Origin: Candidatus Moraniibacteriota bacterium
GTDB taxonomy: Bacteria; Patescibacteriota; Minisyncoccia; Moranbacterales; UBA11712
Direction of reading: 5' to 3'
Assembly: GCA_028695025.1 (NCBI GenBank)
Contig: JAQVJV010000001.1
Location: 21,201 to 85,200, forward strand
Length of the DNA: 64,000 nucleotides
The notes under the pieces are model-generated. The model saw nothing but the letters and a program-made list of their open reading frames with translations, was not told where the DNA came from and did no database searches. Shown here one piece after another: positions 24,643 through 32,390 of the stretch (positions are counted from its first letter, which is position 1; every line of letters begins with the position of its first letter). A program made the translations under genes and the position numbers.

Positions 24643-25440
24643 TCACTTTATATTCATATTCGCCGCGAGGTAGCCGACCCCGAACGGAGCTTCGTAGGTG
24701 AATGGGCGGATATCCCAGCGCAGGTTGGCAATCGCGCTCAACATGATGATCATCGGCCGCAATCCGCATTCCCCGGCTTCTTCCAGAAAATCGTTTTCGA
24801 TATCCACCAACCCTTTGAGATCTTTTTTCCGCACCATTTCCACGATTTTTTTGTCAAAAAGGCGGCCTTGCGGGCTGTATCCGGCCGGAGAACCGGGTGA
24901 AACGCGATGCGACAAATCACTGCTCGCCGCAATCGCCGTCACGCTGGATGATTCTTGCAAAACTTTTCCTAATATTCTTCCGAAGTGATAGTGATATTCG
25001 AGCGGAAGCATGGAAACCGAAATATGGATCAATTTCTGGTTATGCGCCGATTTTTTTTCGCCAATCAGATAATGCAAAGGAACCAGCGCCCCGCGATCCA
25101 GCTCCATTTCGCGGACAAAACCGACAGGAATGCCAAACGGCCGAGACTCCGAAGCGATCAAATCCGCCAGCTCCCGATTGTTTTCCAGCGCGAAGCGGCG
25201 TTCGTCCCCGAAAGACTGCAAACCTCCCCGCAATGTAGGCGAGTAGTTGATGATAAACTTGTCATACTGCACCGGGCCGTGCGGAGAGACGATGACCAGC
25301 GTGTCAGCCTTCACCGACTGGAACCTTTCACCGATCTGCTTCATCGTATTGGCCGTTTTTTTCACCAGATTGTAGTTGCCTTTCCCAATGGAAGAAATAA
25401 TCACCGTCGGATGGGGAGTAATGGCCGCGAATCGGATCAT
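24643..25440 (-). CDS. Class III extradiol dioxygenase-like (LigB / AmmeMemoRadiSam system protein B-like) family protein
   Basis: It has an SPHGP motif (LVIVSPHGPVQYD), and its size and secondary-structure pattern fit the LigB/Memo-like fold. The family assignment is moderate, and the specific function is unknown. Confidence 0.4.
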   Translation of the reverse strand: MIRFAAITPHPTVIISSIGKGNYNLVKKTANTMKQIGERFQSVKADTLVIVSPHGPVQYDKFIINYSPTLRGGLQSFGDERRFALENNRELADLIASESRPFGIPVGFVREMELDRGALVPLHYLIGEKKSAHNQKLIHISVSMLPLEYHYHFGRILGKVLQESSSVTAIAASSDLSHRVSPGSPAGYSPQGRLFDKKIVEMVRKKDLKGLVDIENDFLEEAGECGLRPMIIMLSAIANLRWDIRPFTYEAPFGVGYLAANMNIK

Positions 25441-25505
25441 GGATTGATTTTATCACTTTAATCTGATAGGATTTTATCATAATTAACCACTTTTTAAAAA
25501 TAAAT

Positions 25506-26801
25506 ATGAAAGAGCGTGAAAAGGTTTATTCCCACATAAAAAAAGGGGATTCGGAAATTTATCGGGCCGTCTCCGGAGAAATCGACCGCCAGCAGGAAGG
25601 CCTTGAGATGATCCCTTCCGAATCATACGCTTCCCGCGCCGTTCTTGAGGCCATCGGATCCGTTTTTGAAAACAAATATTCGGAAGGTTATCCGAAAAAG
25701 AGATACTACGGCGGCCAGAAATACACGGACATCGTCGAGCAAATCGCCATCAAACGCGCCAAAAAGCTTTTCCGCTTCGAACATGCCAACGTCCAGCCCT
25801 ATTCCGGGTCTCCGGCCAATTTCGCCGCTCTCAACGCGGTTTGCGCGCCGGGAGACACAATCATGGGGATGGATTTGCGTTTCGGCGGCCACCTCACGCA
25901 CGGCTGGAAAGTGAGCGTCACGGGAAAATATTTCAATTCGGCCCAGTACACGACCGACAAAAACGGATTCCTTGATTTTAACGAGATTGAAAAATTGGCA
26001 AAAAAACACAAGCCGAAAGTCATCATCTGCGGATACACGGCCTATCCCCGGACAATCGACTTCGCAAAATTCGCTGAAATCGCCCGGGGCGTTGGGGCGT
26101 ATTTGCTGGCGGACATCGCTCACATCGCGGGGCTTGTCGCCGCCGGAGAGCATCCGAGTCCCGCCGGGTTCGCCGATATCGTCACCACCACTACGCACAA
26201 GACTCTCCGCGGGCCGCGGGCCGGAATGATCCTTTGCAACGGCAATCCGTCCGATCCGCTGAAACCGATCAAAAATCCGACCAAAAAAGATTTGCCGACC
26301 CTCATCGACCGGTCTATTTTCCCGGGAATGCAGGGAGGGCCGCATATCCATACAATCGCCGGGGTGGCTGTCGCCCTCAAAGAAGCCTCGACCAAAGAAT
26401 TCAAAGCCTATGCCAAACAAGTCGTGAAAAATGCCAAAAAACTCGCTGATATTTTTAATAATAGAGGTCTGCGTCTTTCCACCGGCGGAACCGACAACCA
26501 TTTGATTTTGATGGATGTCACGCCGTTTGGGATCACCGGGAAAGAGGCGGAAGAGCGTCTTGAGCAAATTGCGATTTCGCTCAACAAAAATGCCATTCCG
26601 CATGACCCCAACCCGCCATACAATCCCAGCGGGATCCGGCTCGGCACCCCTTGCGTCACCATCCGCGGGATGAAGGAACCGGAAATGGATATTTTGGGAA
26701 ACGCCATCGCCGACACGCTCGAAGACAAGAAAAACATCCGAAAAGCAAAACTGGCCGTGAAGGAACTTTGCGCAAAGTTCCCCTTATATAAAGGATTATA
26801 A
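25506..26801 (+). CDS. glyA: Serine hydroxymethyltransferase
   Basis: PLP-lysine region TTTHKTLRGPRAGMI, GGHLTHG, and global SHMT conservation. Confidence 0.9.
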   Translation: MKEREKVYSHIKKGDSEIYRAVSGEIDRQQEGLEMIPSESYASRAVLEAIGSVFENKYSEGYPKKRYYGGQKYTDIVEQIAIKRAKKLFRFEHANVQPYSGSPANFAALNAVCAPGDTIMGMDLRFGGHLTHGWKVSVTGKYFNSAQYTTDKNGFLDFNEIEKLAKKHKPKVIICGYTAYPRTIDFAKFAEIARGVGAYLLADIAHIAGLVAAGEHPSPAGFADIVTTTTHKTLRGPRAGMILCNGNPSDPLKPIKNPTKKDLPTLIDRSIFPGMQGGPHIHTIAGVAVALKEASTKEFKAYAKQVVKNAKKLADIFNNRGLRLSTGGTDNHLILMDVTPFGITGKEAEERLEQIAISLNKNAIPHDPNPPYNPSGIRLGTPCVTIRGMKEPEMDILGNAIADTLEDKKNIRKAKLAVKELCAKFPLYKGL

Positions 26802-26806
26802 TACTT

Positions 26807-27100
26807 ATGAAAAAATTTCAAAAATATTGTGCGGAAGTGGTCAAAAAAATTGACAGAAAATACAAAATAAAACGAGATCCGCAACTTTCTATCGCACAAC
26901 TATTAGAGGAACTCGGCGAGCTTGCAAAAGAAATCAATAGGAAAAAATTACGCGGAAAAAAAGCAGGTCGGATCGAGCTAAAAAACGAATTTGCGGATGT
27001 TTTTTTGCAACTGGCAATTCTCGCAGATATTCATAGTATTGATATCGAGAGCTCGGTTAAAAAGAAAATAGAAGAATTAAAAGAAAGAAATTATTTTTAG
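26807..27100 (+). CDS. MazG-like nucleotide pyrophosphohydrolase domain protein (small, all-alpha)
   Basis: About 97 aa with the EELGELAKE...ELKNEFADVFLQLAILADI pattern of MazG/YpjD-type NTP-PPases. Confidence 0.45.
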   Translation: MKKFQKYCAEVVKKIDRKYKIKRDPQLSIAQLLEELGELAKEINRKKLRGKKAGRIELKNEFADVFLQLAILADIHSIDIESSVKKKIEELKERNYF

Positions 27101-27214
27101 TTTGTCATCCCGCACTTGCCTGCCCGCCTTTGTAAAAACACAAGATATTGCGTCTTTACAAAAAAATTTTCTGGATCCCGGCTCGGAAGCCGGGATGACA
27201 TAGTCATGTAATAC
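27101..27214 (+). promoter_or_regulatory. Structured leader upstream of folD with nested and alternative inverted repeats
   Basis: Outer inverted repeat gtcatcccg (27104-12) / cgggatgac (27191-99). Inner hairpin atcccggc-tcggaa-gccgggat (27175-96), which shares its 3' arm with the outer repeat. A third inverted repeat, tttgtaaa/tttacaaa (27128-27163), is also present. Confidence 0.35.
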
Positions 27215-28045
27215 ATGAAAATTCTTGACGGAAATAAGCTTTCCGAAAAATATATAAAAATTATCCGCCAAAAGACGGCGAAAATGAAACGCCGTCCGGT
27301 TTTGGCGATGGTTCTGGTCGGCGATGATCCGGCTTCGAAAATCTATGTAAGACGAAAAGGTGTTTTGTGCGAGCAAGCCGGAATTGATTCAAAGACGATC
27401 ATTCTGCCGGAAAACACTTCACAGAAAAAATTATTGGGCGCCATTGATAAGCTCAACAAAGACAAAAATATCACGGCGATCATGGTCCAGCTTCCGCTAC
27501 CAAGCCATATTGACAAGAAAAAAATCATCGAAAGCGTCGACCCAAAAAAAGACGCGGATTGCCTGCATCCGGAGAACCTTGGAAAATTCATCCAAGAGGG
27601 AGAGGGTTATTCAATCGTCGCTCCGGCCACGCCCCTTGGAATCATCAAAATGCTTGAAGAATGCAAAATTCCCATTGCCGGAAAAAAAGCCGTGGTCATC
27701 GGCCGCTCGAACATCGTCGGAAAACCGATGGCCCAATTTTTGTTGAGCCGCGACGCAACCGTCACTGTTTGCCACCGCCTCACTAAAAACCTCGCAAAAA
27801 TCACGCGCGAAGCGGATATTTTGGTCGCGGCGGTCGGAAAAAAAAACCTCGTCAAAGCTCCGATGATAAAAAAAGGCGCGGTGGTGATCGATGTCGGCAT
27901 GAACCGGGACGGAAAAAAACTTCTTGGCGATGTCGATTTTGAAAACGTCAGCAAAAAAGCGTCGTACATCACCCCCGTCCCCGGCGGAGTAGGCCCGATG
28001 ACAATCGCAATGCTACTGTGGAATACTCTCGAACTTGCCAAATAA
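27215..28045 (+). CDS. folD: Bifunctional methylenetetrahydrofolate dehydrogenase/cyclohydrolase
   Basis: PASKIYVRRKGVLCEQAGI, MVQLPLP, and VIGRSNIVGKPMAQFLL are classic FolD motifs. Confidence 0.9.
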   Translation: MKILDGNKLSEKYIKIIRQKTAKMKRRPVLAMVLVGDDPASKIYVRRKGVLCEQAGIDSKTIILPENTSQKKLLGAIDKLNKDKNITAIMVQLPLPSHIDKKKIIESVDPKKDADCLHPENLGKFIQEGEGYSIVAPATPLGIIKMLEECKIPIAGKKAVVIGRSNIVGKPMAQFLLSRDATVTVCHRLTKNLAKITREADILVAAVGKKNLVKAPMIKKGAVVIDVGMNRDGKKLLGDVDFENVSKKASYITPVPGGVGPMTIAMLLWNTLELAK

Positions 28046-28046
28046 C

Positions 28047-28071
28047 ACCCGAACATTCAATGTTCGGGTGA
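28047..28071. terminator. Perfect palindromic hairpin between convergent folD and the flippase gene (bidirectional terminator candidate)
   Basis: cacccgaacatt-ca-aatgttcgggtg forms a 12-bp perfect stem. No strong T-run follows on the plus strand; the minus side has TTATTTGG. Confidence 0.5.
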
Positions 28072-28076
28072 ATAAA

Positions 28077-29582
28077 TTACTTCCCGTCCACAAATTCCGC
28101 GTCTTCGATTTCTTCGCCTTTCTTTTTCTTGCGGGAGAGGAGTTCTTTCACAAGAAGCAAGTCCTTCGCGCTAATTTCACGGAAGATATAAAGGACAAAA
28201 AGATAAATCGCGAAAAGAATCACCGACCAGATAAGAAAATAATAATTCGTCTTTGGAAATAAGAAAGTCCCAGCAATCATCACGGCTGAAGCGGTGAGAA
28301 TTTTCAAAAAACTTTTCACGGAAAAAAGATAGCCGAATTCGCGATAGGTATAAACAAGCGCGAAAACCATCACCGCAAAAGACACGATCATCGTCCCGGC
28401 GGCGCCTCCGACGATGCCATATTGCTTGATAAGGAAGTAGGTAATGAACGTGTTCAGAAAAAGCCCAAAAATCGCCGCGTTCATCGGAATTTTCACTTTT
28501 CCGGCGCCGTTCAAGATGAACGTAAGGACATAGAAAACCGTTTGGAATCCCTCGGCAAAAACGTATAGCGTCATCACTGGCGCAGCCAAGGCATATTTCG
28601 AAGAATAGAAAATATTGATGATCGGCAGAGAAAAATAGGCCATCAAAAGGCAGGTCGGCACAAGAAACATCGTGAGGAACCGGAGCGAATGACTCACGAT
28701 TTTTTTCGTTTCCGCGCTGTTGTTTTCCGAAGTCGTTTTCGAAACCGAAGGGAGAAGAATGATTGTAAGCGCGTAAAAAAGGTTGTAGGGAATGGCTCCA
28801 ACGGTATAAGCGGCGTTGTATAACCCTGTTTGGACATCCGAATGGAGAATCCCTTTCACGAGATAGAGATCAATCGTGTTCAGCAGTTGATAGGCAATGA
28901 GAAATATCGTCACCGGCCAGGCAAAAACGGCAAGCTTCCGCCACTCAAAATTGCCGATGGCTTTCAGTTTTTTGTACGGATCAAGGGAATAGGCCTCAAT
29001 AAAAATAGAAAGGGGGGCGATGATATATCCAAGAATCGCCCCTTCGAGCGCGTATCCGCGGGATTTGAGAAAAAGCGCAAGGCCAATGATGAAAACCAGC
29101 CGCCAAATACCCCGGCTTGTTTTCAGGAATGCCTGGATTTTGAACTTGTGGATCCCGGTGTAGTAGTAAAAATAGAAAGAGGCAAGAGCAAAAGCGGGAA
29201 TGACAAGCGTTGATAATCTGAATAGATTGGTAAGGCTCGGATCCCCAAGAACGCGTGCAAGCAATGGCGCAAGGAGGAAGAATGCCACCGTCACTGTGCC
29301 GACAATCACAGCTTGGATTTTTGCGGTTTGTTTCTTGATAACCGGAATCAAATTCGGCTTGCTTTCAAAAATCTCGCTCAAATATTTCGACATTGCCGTC
29401 GGCACGCTCTGCCCGATAAGAACGATTGTCATTGTTGTGAGGGTGACAATGATCCCGAACCGGCCATAGTCCGCGGGACCCAAAACCCGCCCCATGACGG
29501 CATGGATGATATAGCCCGAAAGATTATATAAAATCTCCGAAAGCGCGACCCACAAAAATGATTTGGCGAGGAAAGTGGACAT
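28077..29582 (-). CDS. Polysaccharide biosynthesis protein / Wzx-like flippase (MOP superfamily)
   Basis: About 500 aa with 12-14 TM segments. The N-terminal pattern (LSGYIIHAVMGRVLGPADYGRFGIIVTLTTM) is typical of Wzx/PST-family exporters. Confidence 0.65.
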   Translation of the reverse strand: MSTFLAKSFLWVALSEILYNLSGYIIHAVMGRVLGPADYGRFGIIVTLTTMTIVLIGQSVPTAMSKYLSEIFESKPNLIPVIKKQTAKIQAVIVGTVTVAFFLLAPLLARVLGDPSLTNLFRLSTLVIPAFALASFYFYYYTGIHKFKIQAFLKTSRGIWRLVFIIGLALFLKSRGYALEGAILGYIIAPLSIFIEAYSLDPYKKLKAIGNFEWRKLAVFAWPVTIFLIAYQLLNTIDLYLVKGILHSDVQTGLYNAAYTVGAIPYNLFYALTIILLPSVSKTTSENNSAETKKIVSHSLRFLTMFLVPTCLLMAYFSLPIINIFYSSKYALAAPVMTLYVFAEGFQTVFYVLTFILNGAGKVKIPMNAAIFGLFLNTFITYFLIKQYGIVGGAAGTMIVSFAVMVFALVYTYREFGYLFSVKSFLKILTASAVMIAGTFLFPKTNYYFLIWSVILFAIYLFVLYIFREISAKDLLLVKELLSRKKKKGEEIEDAEFVDGK

Positions 29583-29584
29583 TG

Positions 29585-29860
29585 TTAGTGCAATAATTGC
29601 TTGAACCCAATGAGATCTCCTTCGCGGTTGTATTGGACAATTGCGCTGATATTGAGATGGTTTACAAGTTTTTCAAAGGTTAATCCGAATTCTTTCAATT
29701 GACCCGAAGAAAGTTCGACACCCATATAATCGTTCAATTTGTTGTTTTCATCCTTGAGATCAATATTGATACCGCCCTCATGGTTTCTCGTTACGCTTAC
29801 AATCCGACCTTTAAACTCAAGCGGTTCTTCACGCAAATTTGGAATCTCTAGGTTTTTCAT
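29585..29860 (-). CDS. Hypothetical protein (91 aa)
   Basis: The ORF has a sensible composition and sits tightly between the flippase and kinase genes. No motif was recognised. Confidence 0.3.
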   Translation of the reverse strand: MKNLEIPNLREEPLEFKGRIVSVTRNHEGGINIDLKDENNKLNDYMGVELSSGQLKEFGLTFEKLVNHLNISAIVQYNREGDLIGFKQLLH

Positions 29861-29871
29861 AGATATTTTAG

Positions 29872-30534
29872 TTAGATTGATTTTTTTATTTCTTCAAATA
29901 TTTTCTCTTTTGCGTTATCCCCGCCTAAAACGATCATATTCCAGCCACTTACTTTCGACTCATATATTTTCTCCTTTGCCGCGAGATACTCTAATCCCTG
30001 GTCCGGTTTTCGCTCGCGAGTCATGATTTTTTCGGGAGAGACTTTCACAAAAAAAGCTTGGTCGGGCTTGGGGATGAATCTTTCAGCAAACAATTCACTT
30101 GGAAACTTAGTTTCCAAGTAGCTTATATTCACCACACTGTCATAGAAATACCGGTCGCTCACGATATAATCGACGTCTTTCTTTTTCATTATGCGCTTAA
30201 ATCGAAAAATATCGATCAATAATGCAATTTTTCTCAATTGGATCTCAATCCAATTGGCTTTTATGACGCTTTTTTCAAAATCCCTCTCCATCTCTCCCTT
30301 TATAAAGGGGAGAGCGGCTGGTTTCCCCCTTTCATAAAGGGAGGCTAAGGGGGATTTTTTTCGCTTATTTAAGATTTTATTCCCAATCGAAAATTCCACT
30401 GCATGGAAATACCAAAAACTCTTCCCTTGCGATTCAAGGTATTTTTTCAGCAACTCAACTTGGGTTGATTTCCCCGAACCGTCGAGACCGGAGATGGTGA
30501 TTAGTTTTGGGTATTGACAAATTATTTTATTCAC
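29872..30534 (-). CDS. P-loop nucleoside/nucleotide kinase, thymidylate-kinase-like, carrying an in-frame palindromic-repeat insertion (GTG start)
   Basis: P-loop ISGLDGSGKSTQ (Tmk-type GxDGxGKST) and a DRY motif (VSDRYFYDS) are present. About 35 extra residues (KKSPLASLYERGKPAALPFIKGEMERDFEKSV) between the P-loop and DRY are encoded by the repeat at 30292-30361. Confidence 0.45.
   Translation of the reverse strand: MNKIICQYPKLITISGLDGSGKSTQVELLKKYLESQGKSFWYFHAVEFSIGNKILNKRKKSPLASLYERGKPAALPFIKGEMERDFEKSVIKANWIEIQLRKIALLIDIFRFKRIMKKKDVDYIVSDRYFYDSVVNISYLETKFPSELFAERFIPKPDQAFFVKVSPEKIMTRERKPDQGLEYLAAKEKIYESKVSGWNMIVLGGDNAKEKIFEEIKKSI
30292..30361. repeat. GC-rich palindromic repeat element, copy B (tandem half-copy plus full copy) inside a CDS
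   Basis: ctccccctttataaaggggagag (hairpin) ...tttccccctttcataaagggaggctaagggggattttttt. About 85% identical to 18487-18524. GC-rich against a lower-GC gene background. Confidence 0.5.
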
Positions 30535-30542
30535 AGTATTAT
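30514..30542 (+). promoter_or_regulatory. Consensus sigma70 promoter (TTGACA-17-TATTAT) driving a small plus-strand transcription unit
   Basis: TTGACA at 30514-19, a 17-nt spacer, and TATTAT at 30537-42. It overlaps the GTG start of the minus-strand kinase gene. Confidence 0.5.
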
Positions 30543-30579
30543 TATTTGAAAATCAAATACAAAAACAGGGGGCATCAAC

Positions 30580-30786
30580 ATGAGCAAATATTCCGTGTTT
30601 CCAGTCAAATGTATACGTTCTCCAGGTCATTCCCCTCTAATTCAGAGTGGGAATGAGACGGGGGAAATTATCGCAGTATTATGCCCATTTTCAAATAAGG
30701 TACAAGGGCAATTCTGCGAGAAATTAGCCTCCCGTGATAAAAGCCAAACGAGATGTTTATTTTTAAGAACTGATTGGCACAGCTAA
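30580..30786 (+). CDS. Small Cys-containing protein (68 aa) with its own promoter, SD and terminator; function unknown
   Basis: SD aGGGGG sits 7 nt upstream of the ATG. A consensus promoter lies about 40 nt upstream and an intrinsic terminator about 20 nt downstream. The protein has 4 Cys (C11, C35, C46, C59). Confidence 0.45.
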   Translation: MSKYSVFPVKCIRSPGHSPLIQSGNETGEIIAVLCPFSNKVQGQFCEKLASRDKSQTRCLFLRTDWHS

Positions 30787-30798
30787 TTCTCACTCCTA

Positions 30799-30838
30799 CC
30801 GCTGGTGACCTAAACAGGCACCAGCGGTGTTTTATTTC
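30799..30838 (+). terminator. Intrinsic terminator for the small plus-strand unit
   Basis: ccgctggtg-acctaaacagg-caccagcgg followed by tgttttatttc. Confidence 0.55.
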
Positions 30839-30872
30839 AAAATACAATATACAAAATACCAGATACTCAATC

Positions 30873-32387
30873 TCAATACATAATCACCGCCACCGGTGTC
30901 ATTTTTGCCACCACATGTCCAATACCATTCGCTTCAACTCCTGCGATGACTTTTTCAATATCCTTATATCTCGCCGAATCCTGATTGACAACAATTCGCG
31001 ACTTTGCGTTATAAAGCCGCACGCCTTTTTCGCTCATCTTGGCAAATAATTCGTCCTTATTTTCAACTGGCTTCTCGTTCGCGTTCACGCCTTTCCCGGT
31101 ACCGTGGGGAGCCGAGAAAAAACCGTCTTCGTTTTTGTCCGTTCCGACGCAAAGATAGGCATCCGTGGACATGGAAGAGGGGATGAACGCCGGTTCACCG
31201 GTTTTTTTGTATACGGAATGATCAGTCATCTTTTCCGGGCCATAAGCCCGCGAGGTATTGCTCCGATGGATCCAAACATCCCGGCCAAAATGATTTTCTC
31301 TCGAAATGGAAATATGCGGCATATCATAGATCAAATCCAATTCCGGATCACGGCCAAAAAGCCTTTTGATCGTCTCCGAGATATTATGCGAAATCACCGC
31401 CCGGTTGGCTGTCCCGAAGTTCGATGCGGCGGCGCGAGCCTGCATATAAAGCTCTCCGTCCGGGCCGTCTCCTTCGTACTTGAGAAGCGATTCGTCGCCC
31501 TCCATATGTTTTTTGATTTTTTCCTGCATTCTTTGATAAACGTCTTTTTTTTGCGAGCTGAATGTCAATTTTCCGAGATTCACCATGAAAGATTGGGATA
31601 AATGCTCGCGCTTTTTGGCTGTGTGGGTATACATCGTATATTGCCCCAAAATTCCGGAACCGGTATGGATCAGGAAAAGATATTGGCCTCTTTTGAGGCC
31701 GAAAATTTCCGCCATTTCCGGATCCACAAGATCCGTAACTTTCACGAGATCGAGAAAATGATTTCCGGCCGCGCCAAGAATCCCCAAACGGAATTTGGCA
31801 AAAAAGAGATAAAGTTTCGGAATGACATCGAAAATATCCTGCCGCGTCATCTCCTGCGGGAAGAAATTACCGCCGTTTTGGGTGTTTTCCAGTTCATGTC
31901 TGGTCTTGATTCCAAGATAGTCGATGATGGCTTGCGTTCCTTTTCGGCAGATATCCACTACAACATTGAAGGGCACTTTTGTCCCGACAAATTTTTTCGT
32001 CGGGACAACTTCCACAAGCTCGTTGAAAAGTTTGTTTATGTCATTCGGTGAAAAATTTTCTTCCGTGAGGTTGGTCTTGAGGAGCCGCATGCCGCAGTTT
32101 GGGTCGGAATCATTGACTTGAGGAAGGATATATTTCTCGGAAACTATCGTTGTCCCGGAAGCGTTTTTTCGGCCCGGTTTTGAAGTGACATCGGGCATCG
32201 CCGCCAAATGGCGAAAGAGCGTGTCGGGATTCGAGGCCACATCTTCGAGTTTGGCATAGGAATCGTCTTTGGGGAGCAGTTCGCCGCTCATGAAAAAAAT
32301 CGCCGGAACTTTCATTTTGTCCGTCTGGAATTTATATTTATGCTCGGATATTGGTTCAATATTGTTCATATTATTTTTATTGATCAC
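30873..32387 (-). CDS. rtcB: RtcB-family RNA ligase (divergent)
   Basis: The N-terminal region aligns with RtcB (KVPAIFFMSGELL...LAAMPDV...DPNCGMRLLKT corresponds to the ...AVMPDVH...GVDIGCGM region). The C-terminal PHGTGKG corresponds to the RtcB PHGAGR histidine-nucleophile motif. Confidence 0.6.
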   Translation of the reverse strand: MINKNNMNNIEPISEHKYKFQTDKMKVPAIFFMSGELLPKDDSYAKLEDVASNPDTLFRHLAAMPDVTSKPGRKNASGTTIVSEKYILPQVNDSDPNCGMRLLKTNLTEENFSPNDINKLFNELVEVVPTKKFVGTKVPFNVVVDICRKGTQAIIDYLGIKTRHELENTQNGGNFFPQEMTRQDIFDVIPKLYLFFAKFRLGILGAAGNHFLDLVKVTDLVDPEMAEIFGLKRGQYLFLIHTGSGILGQYTMYTHTAKKREHLSQSFMVNLGKLTFSSQKKDVYQRMQEKIKKHMEGDESLLKYEGDGPDGELYMQARAAASNFGTANRAVISHNISETIKRLFGRDPELDLIYDMPHISISRENHFGRDVWIHRSNTSRAYGPEKMTDHSVYKKTGEPAFIPSSMSTDAYLCVGTDKNEDGFFSAPHGTGKGVNANEKPVENKDELFAKMSEKGVRLYNAKSRIVVNQDSARYKDIEKVIAGVEANGIGHVVAKMTPVAVIMY

Positions 32388-32390
32388 TGA

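Noticed and set aside
30873-32387. RtcB predicted inactive because the DVH motif reads DVT
   Set aside because: My by-eye alignment in that segment is not reliable enough. The Cys (NCGM) and C-terminal His (PHGTGKG) ligands appear conserved.
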